Shown: in pieces, positions 27,996-42,414 of the stretch | Layout of the letters: every line of letters starts with the position of its first letter | How positions within the stretch are numbered: position 1 is the first letter of the stretch | Assembly (NCBI GenBank): GCA_964016885.1 | Contig: OZ024740.1 | Location: 187,984,001-188,048,000 of the forward strand | Direction: 5' to 3' | From: Eledone cirrhosa | Lineage: Eukaryota | DNA: 64,000 nt | Notes under the pieces: generated by a model | The model's input: the letters and a program-made list of their open reading frames with translations, nothing else | Told to the model about the DNA's origin: nothing | Database searches by the model: none | Program-made: the position numbers and the translations under genes

Positions 27996-30489
27996 GGTAG
28001 TTGAAGTGGTGGTGGCAACGATATACCGGAAGTGCAACTTTGAAAAGAATTAAATTTTAAATTATTTATTTTTACGAAATTATTTTTGTTTACGAAATTT
28101 AGTAGATAAATTATGTAATATTCATAATTATTTATTCAAAGTAATCTAACTTATTTTACTAATGGGATAAAAAAAAAAACCATACGCAGTCCTGCAGACC
28201 TTCCTTTATTATAGTTTAGATTCTTAATCAGAACCATTAATTTTACTTCTGCTTAAATACATTATTTACTGTGTAAGCTGAGATGTAAATCCACTGCTTT
28301 CACTAGTTAGCTATAAGGACGGGATCCACCCCTAAATGTAGCATTGCTTTTATTTAAAAAAAACTTGGAAATTTCTCCATGTGTGTGTACATGTTTATAT
28401 GTATTTTTTACTATTGTGTTGTGCTGTGTGTGTGTACACATACATATATCTGACACAGATTGAAAGTGAAAGAGAGAAAGAGTGATTGATATATGCATTC
28501 ATTCCTCATATATAAACTCATTTTTTGTTCCTATTTTAGAAACGCAAGTTTCTTATAAAAATATTTCCTTTGCTCATTTAGAATGCTATAAACATATATA
28601 AGCTAATGTGTAGCATTCAGTTTGATTGCACTGGAAATGGTAAATTATATGGTCATTGAGAGTATTATCATAGGTATGGTGCAAATCTTATCAAAACACA
28701 GAATTGAATGTAATATATTATTGAATCTGAGCTATATCTAGAAAACTCCAGCTGGAAATATATATATTTGTTAGCTTTGATCAGGAGTCTGATTGAAATG
28801 TTTCCTGTTCATTTTGACTGTCTTTCATACATTATACTATTCCTACCTGCATATCCTAAGATGTATTTTTATATATACATAGACAAAAAGATAGATAAAA
28901 AAAATAATTATAACTTTTACTATTTTAAGCCCATTTTCGTCAATTTGTATTATGTTGATTACTAGAAAAAGGAAAACATACAATGATAATTATATTAGCA
29001 AACTTCCTGAATCTAAATCAACAATTATATTATCAAATTCCTGAATCTAATTCAATTATTTCGAAGTCATTTAATTGTATCATTAGAATATATTATAAAG
29101 ATTGGATTAGAAACCTATTATTCTCTTCTTATTTTAGTGGCTTCAGTTATTGGACTCTGGCCATGCTGGGGCATAGTCTTCGGGTGTTATTTGAATATCA
29201 GTTTGATTTGAAGTTGAAAAGCATAAAGACAAACACACAAGTTTTTACTTAGTTTCCATATACCAAATCCAACTCATTAGGCATTGGTCAACTTGATGAT
29301 GGAATGTGGGACTATGGTGGTTGTGAAGCAAAATTTGAACCACACAGTTATGTACACATCAATGTCCACTTGGGCTTATTTTGCAAATATATTACAAATA
29401 TATTATTCTAATTGACGCATAGACACCATAACATATTATTTATACATCACTAAAAACCTAAGTACAATTACTCTCATTCATTGTTTTACAAAATACTTCA
29501 CTTTATTCATTTGCTATAGGAATATTTATCATCTATCTCCATAATCTATGGTTTATTTATATTTCTTTTCACTTCAGTTGTAGTTGTTAGGTGTATAAGC
29601 ACTAATTCCTATTAATCATTCAATTGATTCCAGCTGAGATGGAGATTATTCCTGTTACTCTTTGAATAATGTTTAAGTGACACATTAGCTAAAATACTTG
29701 ACAACATATAGTTATTTTACCCTCTAAATCTAAGGTAAAGTGTTGGAAAAATGTATATAAAAATTCATGAAAACATTGTTAGCAATTAAAACAAATTTTT
29801 TAAAACTTTAAGAAAATGGACACATGTGCTGCAAGATATAAACTACTATAGCCATTAATCAAACCCAGGCCATAGTAATGTTTAAAAAGCCAGTAATACT
29901 AGTATTGTTACTACTGCCTCTGCTACAACCACCACCATCACTGATGTTACCACCATCTAACTCGCTTATAATAATAAGGAATTCATTGGTGTTGATTAAA
30001 ACTAAATATAAATAAAAAAGAAACAAAATAGTTTAAACACTTGAAATAATATATCAATTACAATAAATGGTTTCTCTTTGTTGTGCCAATATATTCCTCA
30101 GAAGACAAGTAAAAGAAACATTGAATAGTCTAGATATGTGAGCACACATCATACAAGCACCCTTAAATTTGTCTGGATTATTTATATAAAATAATGGGTC
30201 AGTTTTGTAGTGCTCCCTGGTGAAAGCCAGTGTTGTACATCTGGAAATCAGGCTGTATCACAATAAATGCTTGCTTAGTTCCCACACAATATCCTACACA
30301 TTACCTGTAGGTATACGAACCACCAAGTCTTGCCTCTGGATGTTGTGTGAGTGTTCAGTCAGTGGGCTTGTACAATAACATTGATTATATAGTGGTACTG
30401 AAGAAGCTTTTATGAAGATCATCTGATAGTGTTGACTTCCATGGAACATAGGGGCTACTGAAAATAATCCAATTTTTTATATCCTAGAA

Positions 30490-30672
30490 ATAATTGTTTC
30501 TACTTTTGGTACATGGCCAGTAATTACCCAGTGCATTACTGGTACTTTATTTTATCGACCCCGTAAGGATGAAAGGCAAAGTTAACCTCGGCGGGATTTG
30601 AACTCAGAATGGCAAAGGCCGTAACTCCATGCGTCAAAGCATGACGTCTGACCCTCTACCGATACTGCCAAT
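30490..30672 (-). mobile_element. SINE family B (young copy)
   Basis: ctggtactttattttatcgaccccgtaaggatgaaaggcaaagttaacctcggcgggatttgaactcaga. Confidence 0.85.
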
Positions 30673-32451
30673 AAGTATCTAAGTATAAGAAGGAGTCCAT
30701 AGATTTTAGATAACTCCATATACTCCTATGGACACCACAGAATTGATACACATAGGTCATCAATATTACCTTGCTAACTTTCCAAATACTATGCTGGATT
30801 GAAATGGAGGCATGAATGATTCAAACAAATTCAAGTAAGGTTCACAAGACAATGACAATAATGATTTGTCCATGGAAAATATATGCATGGGGTTTCCTTT
30901 TCAGATTCTCAAAAGAAACCTCACAAATTTTTCTTCATTAAGTTTTGCTTTTACTATATTTTTTTTATTCCTTCAATTTGTTTATATTTAATGAGGATTG
31001 CACCCTGTTAACAGAATCTTCAACTAATCTAGGTGTGACCTCTCTAAGTGACCCAATTCTACATATCCAACAGAATCTTTTTCTTTCTTCCTTAAAGTCT
31101 CACAAATGTAGTAACATAAATATAAACTGAATGAGTGTTTGAAGTTTTGGTATGTAATTTCATCTTTTAAAGAAGTTACATATATCAATATTATCCTGCT
31201 GGAAATGAATTATAAATTTAATTTGCTACTAAATATTTCACATAGTTGTCATATATGGTATCAATATTAATGATCAAATGTCATAGTATGAAGACCTACT
31301 TAAATTCAGAAAAAATTATTTTAATCAATCAGGAGAAAAAATATCTTGAACCATTCCACTTTGTTTATTTGCTATTATCTTAATTTTTTCCCTCTTTCTA
31401 TCTCCCTCCCAGCTTTATTTCACAAACATCCATGCCAACTAACATTCTGAGTCTATTAATACTTCATTTGTTTTATTCAAGTCTAATTTGATAAATACAA
31501 TATCTAAAATGTACTGATCATGTGGTTACCCCCTAGGAGGTTGATGAATAACATTTACTCCAGAAGAGAATTCTGTCTCTTCTTTAATAAGTTCCATCTT
31601 GTGACATAAAACAATTTATGTGGTAAATTTGTGAAACTATTCTCTCTCAAGCTTCATGAAATACCACATTATAATCATAGCAAGTTTAACTGAATGATTC
31701 ATTATTAGTTAGATGTGTTTCCTAGACAATCCATATCAACTATAGCTCACAAACAAATGAATATTAAACTTAATTTTTAAAAGTTAAGGTTAATTGGATT
31801 ATATTTCAGTATAACTGTTTCTGTGTGCATATATGTATGTGTGTGTTCGTGGGTTTGTATCATCATAATCATCATAATTATATCCGTTTTCCATGCTTGA
31901 ATGGACTGTACAGGTCTTCTCCAGCACAGCATCTTACTACTTCTTGTGATTGTTTGTTTTCTTCATGATGTTCAGTCTTCTTCTTCGGCTGGACCCATCT
32001 TCTTACATTTCTAGGGAATAAATACTGCACACTTCATATAGAAATGTGCCAACCATCCTGCACTACTTCATTGACATTTTCTAAATCCTGCAAACATTGC
32101 AGGTATTTTTAGTTACAAAAGCAAGTTAGATGTACTATATCTGACAAGGCTCTTCTTTAACACTGCACTGAAAACAAGTTAATTCAGTATAATGATCATA
32201 AAATAAGATTGAAATAAATCATAGATTTAGTTGTATAAATGTAACTGGTTACTCGTATTCATTTGAACTATTACTGGTTTCATATTGTTTGAGCTGAAGT
32301 TATGCTGAGACATCACCTGAAAATGTCTAGTCAATCAAATCGATCCCAGTACTTATTTTTAAGTCTGGTACTTATTTTGTCAGTCTTCATTTACTAAACC
32401 ACTATGTTTTGTGATGGAAAGAAAGAACACACACATATATATATGTGTGTG

Positions 32452-32511
<60 letters not shown>

Positions 32512-35004
32512 CAACAGGCTTCAGTATAGTTTCTCTCTACCAAATTTCTCTTAAAAAGCAATAATCCGTATGTGGCTATAGTATAAGATACTTTTCCTGG
32601 GATATCATGGAGTGAGATTGAACCCTCAACAATATAATGGCAAAGTCTGAACCATAAAACCATGACAGCACTCTTATACATTATTTATACAAATAGAAGT
32701 TTTTTCCAACATGGTGTTTATTTTTTAAGGCGTGACTTTTTCAGCATCTGTTTCATCTTTCTATTATTTATCTACTGATATATGAACATATACTTAGCTG
32801 TCTAGTTTTGATGAATACTTCTATCAACTGCTATTGATCTTTTTTATTGTATTTTCACCCCTGCTTTTAATTATTCTTTCTGACTTCATGCTTGCCTGAA
32901 TATATTTATTATAGATATAAGCTTGTTTATTTATTCATAATTTTTTAAAATGTATCTATTGTTCTCTCTGTACATTTACTTTTTTAAATTCATCTACTTC
33001 TAGTTATTTATTATGATTTCTCATGTTTGTTTACATTATCACTCACACAATCAACTTAATTGTAACACTGTCATGTTACTGAATGTTTCAATATGTTTTA
33101 CCCTTTTCAAGACAAAGAACAGAAAGAACACTAAACAGCATACTTCAGATTATCACATGCTTCACACAAACCATGATGACCAATCAGGGCGTTTCTACAT
33201 GATTGAATATCCTGCTATAGTTAGCAGCCAAATCACACCCTACTATCTGACTAAAGGAAGAACATATGGATAATATAGTCCTATATGCACTATATATCAT
33301 GTCAGAATGACCATGGTTGGAACATCCATGTATGTTGTGGCAGGATGATCCAAATTACATATTCCTCACTACTATGTGTTGAATCTTTCCACTAACACCT
33401 ATACACATCTACAACATTATTTTAAGAACATTATTCTGCCTACTCTAAAAAATAGAATCAAGTTAATTTGCAACAGATACTTTACTTTTATCCATATTAT
33501 CATGGATAAGGGCTGAGAAATAATAGCTGCTATATTCTGATAAAGTTCCCTTAGTGGGATTTCCTCAGCTGCAAACATTTAGATTAGGTTCCAGTTTAAA
33601 ATTTATCACAGTTCGATGATGCACTGTTCTAAATTATACTTTTCTATATTTACTGTCTCATGTTGCTGTGTCAGAGGCAAATGGATGAAAGGCTTTCCCC
33701 TGTGCAGGCCTGCCACCATGTAGGACAGAAAGACAAACATATAGCTAATACCTCAAAAGGTTATCTTATTAGCTAATCTATTAAATCTGTATCATATTCT
33801 TCCTCAATTCATTGCTGGTGTCCCACTGAGCACAATATTTTGACAGGCCCATCTGCAGCAACTGCAATTTTGCTGGGGACATCAGGATCAATGTAATTAT
33901 TATTAGCAGTAACTACTAAGTTAGGGTTTTTTCTCTTTAGCTTTTCAATAATGAATTCTGTTAAAGATCCTTTCTGACCTCCTCCTACTAGCATGCACAT
34001 TGCATGTTTTGTTTTTCTGTGCAACACAAATCCTTCATCCCCTTATTTCTAAGTCATCTTTGCCATCGAGACTAATCATTAATCCAACTTTATTCTGAAA
34101 AAATGTTAATTGTACTTTGGTAAAATATACTTTCTATTTGTCATATTTCATCTACATATCATCAAAATAAATTTGGTTATTGTGAATCAAAGTCTCTTTC
34201 CCCCATCATTTAAATTCATTTCTCTTGTCCTATAACAATCAGCAGGTGTTCAAATATTTATTGAATTGCAACCTTCTCTGGAATAACTGGCCACAGTGTA
34301 TTCACTGCACATGTCTTCTATATTAACATTAGTGTAGAGACTCCAGTCTCTACACTATTATTCTTAGATATTTGCTCATTCAAAGAACTTTGAGTGATGT
34401 ACTGACACTCAAATAAACGTCTTTACTTTTATATACTTATTCATTATGTTTGTTCAATGCCTTTAGCCTCTTACCAAAGTAGTCTACTTGTATAATCTTA
34501 TCACTGCAACACATTTCACACCATTTTACTGCACAATATCCCTACCTCAGAGTCATCTTATATCTCAAGTAAGTTAATGATTTGGAATATCACTAGGCCT
34601 TTATCCTTGACATATTTCTTTCAACTCTAATTTATATGCAACAGTTAAGCAAATGTTCTAAACTATCCTCTCAGGTGTTCCCCTATTCATCACTCACCCA
34701 GCCAGAGCTTATGACAAAGATACCAACCAGTAGACTTACATCTATCTCTATTTCAAGCAAAGACATGAACCTCTCAACATGTGAACCTCTCTACCAACCT
34801 CCAAAACTGGGAAGCATTCAGCAACCCCAAAGAAGCTTACAAAATGAACCATTCAGAAAGATGAACAATAAAAAAGACATGCAATAACACACTCACATAT
34901 AAATATCAAATTTCTGTGTATCCATGTGAGTGTATGTAAAGTATATGTGTGTGATGTGTATGGTATGTCAATTATTAGTTATTAATTAATGGCACTTTAT
35001 GATC

Positions 35005-35150
35005 TGAGTTCAAATCATGCCAAGGTTAGCTTTTCTTTTCATCATTGCTGGGTCAATAACGTAAAATATAAATAATTCACTGGGGGTGATTTAATCAACA
35101 TTCCCATCTCTCAAAATTGTTGGCCTTGTGTCTGAATCAGAAATTATTAT
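35005..35150 (+). mobile_element. SINE family B, degenerate
   Basis: ctgagttcaaatcatgccaaggttagcttttcttttcatc...ggccttgtg. Confidence 0.6.
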
Positions 35151-35379
35151 CTAAAAATTAGCTTTCATTAATTGTTAATCCCTGCATACCAAAATCATGT
35201 ATGTGGCTATCCATATTTATCTCTCCACCTATAAGGGGGTGGGTGGATTTATTGTTCTTCATGGGTGTATGCTGGGTTTTGAAGTTAATAGGAGCTGATT
35301 TGAAAGATGATTTGTGACCATGATAGAAATATTATTTTCTCTCTTGAAGTAACTACTAGGATTAACCTTGTGCAATAGA

Positions 35380-35560
35380 GTGCTAGGCTTAGAAATTAGA
35401 GGGTCACTCCAGGCAGAGCTGCTACTCCTCCATTTTTAGGGATCACAGTTCTAATATTATGGGCATTTAGTTAGAATGTCTCAGCACAGATTTTACCAGC
35501 AAAACCCATGGACAGGTGACCCAAGGTTAAACCTGGAGCAAGACAGTTGCTTCTGGCAGG
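35380..35560 (+). mobile_element. Decayed RTE-clade LINE 3' fragment
   Basis: ctccaggcagagctgctactcctcc...tatgggcatttagttagaatgtctcag (YGHLVRMSQ). Confidence 0.5.
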
Positions 35561-37619
35561 ACCCGCTGGAAGGAATATGTGTTTCAATTTTTCAATTATT
35601 CTATAACTTAAAACACATTTTTGAGATGTAAACAGTTAACTTCCATTGTCTAAAAGCACTTTTAGAACTATTTGAGGTGTATATTTCTTTCATGTGTATA
35701 TATCGATTGAAAGTAGAAAACACACATGGAAATCTAAATTCAAATTCCTCACATTTGGTTAAATGAGTGTTTTTATCTAATGGCAAGAATTTTCATTGAA
35801 AATCAAAAGTTGTTTTGAAATAAATCTGGGATGAACAATAAATTCCCTCGAAGAATTTCCTCGGTGTGTGTAAACATGATCCTTCTTCCATTTAATTTCT
35901 TTTCTGAGATAAAAGTCTCTTGTGTGCTTATTATAATAATTGTTTTGGAAAATGATTGATCTCTGTTGATATACTTGAAATCACTTGCAGCTGCTAATGG
36001 TAACACAGTCAAGAGTAACAGTTATTTATTCAATGTTTATAATTTGTGTCATTGATGCTAATTAGTTCAGTTATTTGTATTTTTAGTTTTCTTCAGGATG
36101 TTTACTAGCATCTTCTTTTATAATAATAGGGTTTCTTAGTCAAAAGTGGACTCCATAAGCCATAGTGAAAGTAACCTATCTAGGAGGGCAGTAGCTCTGA
36201 ATAAAAAGGACTGCATGGAACAGATGTGGACTCCATAGCCGTAGTGAAGACAACCTGTCTAGAACAGTAGACATTCTACATAAAAACTGATATTGGGTGG
36301 AGAGGATGCTTGATTCCATTAAGACAATTGCTCTATTGCTGGTAGAATAATGCATCCAATACAAGCTATAAAGTGGTTGGTGATAGGAAGGGCATCCAGC
36401 CAGAAAACTCCTTGCCAGAATTAAGGAAATTATAACACATACGATTAAAAGTAGCACCAACATGAAATCTTTTCTCTGTGAATTAATGATTATTTGCTAT
36501 TAGTGAAGATGGAGGTTGAATTTATTAGATCGTATTATAACTCAGAGTCAATGGCTGTCCACCCCAACTTGCAATTGGACAAGCTTGGTGAGTATGTCTA
36601 CACCCCTTACATGACCAAAACCAAACAGAAAGCAGTGGACATCAATCAAAGGTGAGGTGGGGGTCATCCAACATGAGTGGGAAAGCATTGGATTGGATTA
36701 GATTATAACTAGTACTTGAACATGATTGATTGAAATAGAAAGTATTGTTAGGATTTTTGAACTTTGAAATGTTATTTTATATTTTCTTAGATTAATATTA
36801 CAAAAAGTTAAAGTCTGTTCTAAGCCAGGAGCTCATCAAGCCGGTACTTAGCCCGAATTTCTTTTGTACTAAGGTACTGAGAGTGCAAGACTTTCCCTGG
36901 ACAGGACATTGGTCTATCAGCTGAGTGCACTAGAGCAACCTGAAATAAAGTGTTTTGCTCAAGAACATTATTCAGTAGCCTGTCCAGGAATTGAACTGAC
37001 AACAATACGACTGTACATCAAGCACCCTAACCATTAGCCCAAGCAGCTTCAAATTACAAAAGAGAAAATTAATTATAAACAAAATCAAAATACTTAAGGA
37101 ACATATACGGTTTCATGATGTTGATTAGATTCTAACATTTAATAGCTTATCTTCATCATCATTATCATTTTCCCACCTGTTTTTCTATGCTTGCATGGAT
37201 TAGACAAGTCTTCCTCAGCACAACATCCTTCTATTTGTCTCTTTCCTTTGTCATCCCAATTGTGGGCTTCAGTTTTCTGAGATACGTTTTCATCATTTCT
37301 GCCCAAGTCTCCCTTGGCCTACTTCTAGTATATCTCCATTTTACTTAAGTCTCCTGGCATGTCTTTACCCAACAATCTTCATCATTATGCATTATGTTCC
37401 ATACTAGTGTGATTCTCTCTCTTTCATAATGCATCTGATTCCTTTGTCAACTCAAATTATTCATACAATATAGAAGCCTACACAGTGAAATCTGAGTAAT
37501 TACCTCAATGTATTTATCATAGAATTCAGTGACATGTGACTGGCACGACAGGGATGAACCGAATGAAGGTTTAGCCTGACTACTGTGTGCTATACTAGGT
37601 GCGACCTATAATTGTGGCC

Positions 37620-37745
37620 TGTGAAGGCACCTGGCTTAGTGGTAAAAAAATTGGATTTGCAATCATGGCATTGCAAGTTCAATTCCCAGACCAGGCTGTG
37701 CATTATAACTTTGAGCAAGACACTTTTATTTCACATTGTTCTTTT
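37620..37745 (+). mobile_element. SINE family A-like tRNA head
   Basis: gaaggcacctggcttagtggt...aagttcaattcccagacc...ttgagcaagacacttt. A related inverted head lies near 36870-37050. Confidence 0.65.
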
Positions 37746-38625
37746 TGCCAGGAGTTGCAACTGGTAGATTCTATCAGCAATGGGAAGACCAATGGAAACA
37801 TTACTTCCTTGGTTTGATGTGACCTGTTCCTCCCCACTAAGTATGCAAATGCGGTCTGGGATCTTGTCAATTGATTCATCTTTTATTTATCATTAATTTT
37901 ACTAATGTTAAAAGTATTAAAACTCACTGACTCTCAGTAAACTACAACTTAGTTTCTATGATGTTTTAGATAAAAATAATATCAGTAATACAATGGAAAT
38001 TATATGCCATTCTGATTGTAATTTGGGTAATTTGCTACACTTTTCAAATATCTTTTGAAATGGTGAGGTTGTTTTATTATTACTATTAGTCTAATGAAGC
38101 TTGACTTCTCTCAGTTAATAGTTATACAACCAAATTCATTCAATACTATGCAGCTGCCTGCCTTCATTTAATATCAGCTTTCTAATCATTGTTAAAAAGT
38201 CTAAACAATCTCTTTTATCATTGCTTTTATTTTATATTTTCTTGTGTTATATTCTTTTTTATCCTTCTAACGTTTCCGTTTCTTAATGTTTGTTTTCATG
38301 AACATTGGTGATTTTCAAATCTGGAAAGTACTACGACATTTTCTAAAACGACATTTAAAAAACATTTTGGTTCATCACATTTTGTTGAGAAGAGAGAAGA
38401 AAGAATTTCTATAAAACCATTATAAACTCCTTCAATTTATCATAGATCCAATTCATTGAATTATATCAGTACAAATGGAGTAAAATAAATTTTTATTTGT
38501 AGACAATTAACAAAATGAAATACATTTCATACTGCAAAGCGTAAAATCTGTGCAAAACTAATAATGTCTAGAAAAACAATTAAATAAAGAGGTAAAAAAT
38601 TATAAGTATCTTAAAGCAAAAGAAT

Positions 38626-38662
<37 letters not shown>

Positions 38663-38950
38663 ATATATGGTGTAGAATTGGGAATGATGTTAGAGCATTG
38701 GCTAGAATGCTCCGGCAGTATTTGTTCTCTGCATTCTGAATTCAAATTCTGACGTAGTCAATTTTGTTTTCCTCCTTCAATGCATTTAAATTTCCAGTTC
38801 AAGTCCTAGGCTTAATACTTCCCCTATGTCGCTTTTTCATTTCTGATCACTTTCTTCTTTCTTAAATATATGCACACACACACACTTTTATGTATATATA
38901 TATATATATATATATAAATATATCATCATCATCATCATCATCATCATCTG

Positions 38951-39030
<80 letters not shown>

Positions 39031-39531
39031 AATATAAGTATGTATACGTACATACATATATGTATACAGGCGTACAGTAGTATATATATATATATATATA
39101 CATGCACACATATATATATATACGTATAGATTCACCGAACATTTATTATAATGCTCGGTGTTTTTGTAAACAAACATCCCGTATTAAGCCGTAGTGTCTA
39201 GCAACCATCGTTGCTCATTTGTTCAACACTGACAAAGGAACGCTGTACAAGTTCCAAGCTTATTAGCTATCGTCAGTAACGTATACCTTCCGGCCAGATG
39301 ATTGAGCGTGTGAAAGTATATACTTTCCTTATACATATTAACGGCTGAGCAGCCTAAATTGCATATCGAGTGGGTTAATCGGCCGGGTGCAGCGAAAATG
39401 ATAAACGGAAAAAATAAAACGAAATTTCATTTCCCACTCTTAGTACGGCTGTTACTTAAATATAAGTATGTATACGTACATACATATATATGTATACAGA
39501 CGTACAGTAGTATATATATATTTATATATGC

Positions 39532-39594
<63 letters not shown>

Positions 39595-39802
39595 TATATG
39601 TATACATATATATATATGCATATATACATGTATACATATATATATGTATACATATATATGTATACATATATATGTATACATATATATATGTATACATATA
39701 TATATGTATACATATATATACATATATATTTATATGTATATATATATATATGTATATATATATGTATATATATATGTATATATATATATGCATAATATAT
39801 AT

Positions 39803-40410
39803 GTCAGGTCACCAGTTGGTGCTACTGGTAACATGTATCCCAATACAACCTGTCTCATGATCGGGTCGTTGGCGACAAAACTGGCAACCCCACCAAGGTT
39901 TCTTGATGAGGAGGGAGACTTTGGACATCCTGCAGGAGTAAAAACAAAACCTGTCAAAGGGAAAAGGATCTCTTAAGGGTCAATGGACATCCAAAATCAC
40001 CGGGAGAGATGACCCCTTAGCCTTTGTCAAGGCAGAATCCTAGGAGAAGGAAAACTCTGATATAACACTTGCAACCATGATGGTATCCAATGATATTGAC
40101 TTGTTCTTCCTTTTGGTAAATATCATCTTGGTTAAGAGAGTGGGACTGGCTTTGTGCAGTGTCTTTGCTCACTATAAAAGCTTCACGGCACAGGCATTGC
40201 TTTATATTTTGAGATCTCTCTGCACTTGTCCTCACATGGTACCATGGGCCCAGCACTATGTGTCAATAATTGTCAAAAGTGTAGTGTTTATACCAGAGTT
40301 TCAAGTCGCTGGCTGGACTAAAAAGTCACACTTGTTCAGCGCATCGGTAGGGGTTCTCCTACATGGATATAAAGTAGTGGCCGTACTCGAAAACGAGTTG
40401 GCAGCCACCA
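39803..40410. mobile_element. GC-richer insert in (TA)n; left half resembles a LINE (RTE-like) 5' UTR
   Basis: gggtcgttggcgacaaaactggcaaccc and ggagaaggaaaactctga resemble RTE 5' UTRs as I recall them; not verified. Confidence 0.35.
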
Positions 40411-40424
40411 TATATATATATATA

Positions 40425-40468
<44 letters not shown>

Positions 40469-40518
40469 CATATATATATGCATATATATATATGCATATA
40501 TATATATGCATATATATA

Positions 40519-40552
<34 letters not shown>

Positions 40553-40611
40553 TATATATATATATATATATGCATATATATATATATGTGTGTATATATA
40601 TATATGTGTAT

Positions 40612-40938
40612 CATCATAATTTCATTTCACGTCCGCTTTTTCCTTGCTTGCAAGGGTGGGACAGGAATTGATTCTGGCTTGATTTCTACAGCTGGATGCC
40701 CTTCCTAACACCAATCACATTTACAGTGAGTGCTGGGTGCTTTTTTGCCGTGGCACCTCCACGACCACTTTGCAGTGGAATGATATGGACCCCAGTCCCT
40801 ATCATCTCATTTCTACAGCTGAGTAAACTGGAGCAATGTGAAATAAAGTATCTTGCTCAAGGAAACAACACATTACCCGGTCTGAGAAAGGAACTAACAA
40901 ACTTTCGATTGCAAGGCCACTAAGCCATGTGCCTCCAT
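40612..40938 (-). mobile_element. Full-length SINE family A
   Basis: Reverse complement of the 55378 copy, head taagccatgtgcctccat. Confidence 0.9.
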
Positions 40939-40941
40939 CTG

Positions 40942-41007
<66 letters not shown>

Positions 41008-41023
41008 TATACATATATATATG

Positions 41024-41054
<31 letters not shown>

Positions 41055-41055
41055 G

Positions 41056-41092
<37 letters not shown>

Positions 41093-41125
41093 GTATATAT
41101 ATATGTATATATATATATGTATATA

Positions 41126-41358
<233 letters not shown>

Positions 41359-41559
41359 ATACATGCGTATATATATATGTATATATATGTATATATATAT
41401 GTGTGTGTATATATATGTATATATATAAATATATGTATACATATGTGTGTGTATATATATGTATATATATATATATATATATGTATACATATGTGTGTGT
41501 ATATATATGTATATATATATATATATATATGCATACATATGTGTGTGTATATATATGTA

Positions 41560-41590
<31 letters not shown>

Positions 41591-41593
41591 ATA

Positions 41594-41630
<37 letters not shown>

Positions 41631-41632
<2 letters not shown>

Positions 41633-41846
41633 AGGAGGTTATAGTTCACTTGAAGCATTGTGTAATGAGGTATAAACGTTAGAATATGTGTAATAAGGCC
41701 AAGACAATGCAGATATGGACATAGAAAAAAGGACATTTAAATAAATTCAAGGTGAAAGACGAATTCTCATCAATATCTTTCACTATTGCATTCTTTTTTC
41801 TATGTCCATATCTGCATTGTCTTGGCCTTATTACACATATTCTAAC

Positions 41847-41853
<7 letters not shown>
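41631..41853. mobile_element. Small foldback in (TA)n: perfect ~61 bp inverted repeats (41671-41731, 41793-41853) plus a 40 bp left extension
   Basis: tataaacgttagaatatgtgtaataaggccaagacaatgcagatatggacatagaaaaaag and its exact reverse complement. Confidence 0.9.
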
Positions 41854-41936
<83 letters not shown>

Positions 41937-42005
41937 TATGAAGAGAGAAGAAACATTTAGATATAATTAGTAATAAAATGTATCATACCTAAACTGTTCC
42001 TAAAT

Positions 42006-42093
42006 TCCTCGACTACGTAGTTTCGTGGCATAAACAAAAACAATATATCAAAGATATAGAGTCCTTGCGAGGTCTGCCGACTTATCAAGAGGA
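42006..42093 (-). ncRNA. Type I hammerhead with mutated core, in an ORF-less insert (41935-42290)
   Basis: TCCTC-TTGATAA-(GTCGGCA...TGCCAC)-GAAA-CTACGTAG-TC-GAGGA. Perfect stem I, palindromic stem III, GUC site; two core substitutions. Confidence 0.65.
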
Positions 42094-42313
42094 TACCTCA
42101 TTTTACTAGTCTCAAGAACGCGTCTACACGACGTGAGAAAGAATCCCAAAAGGCGGAGGGGGAGATAGTCACGCGATATAACGGTCGAGAAACAGAGCTA
42201 AGCCTCTTATAACCACGAAGAAAATACAACGGAGGCGGAGGGGGTATTCATATCGAGGCCGCAGAAGAGGTAGTGAAGAAGGCGAGAAGTATATATATAT
42301 ATATATATATAAG

Positions 42314-42349
<36 letters not shown>

Positions 42350-42414
42350 TATATTTCGTTTCTGAATTTGTTTAAAAAGATTCTTTATCTGAAATCGTGT
42401 GTTGAAATCGATAT

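Noticed and set aside
33650-34100. Possible transposase (piggyBac-like) relic or host exon on the minus strand
   Set aside because: Multiple stops and only vague motif similarity; cannot be supported.
40330-40410. HDV-like ribozyme on the minus strand (GGTGGC/GCCACT with a CGT/ACG inner stem)
   Set aside because: No P1.1 GG and no convincing P2 partner; it can be explained as a simple hairpin.
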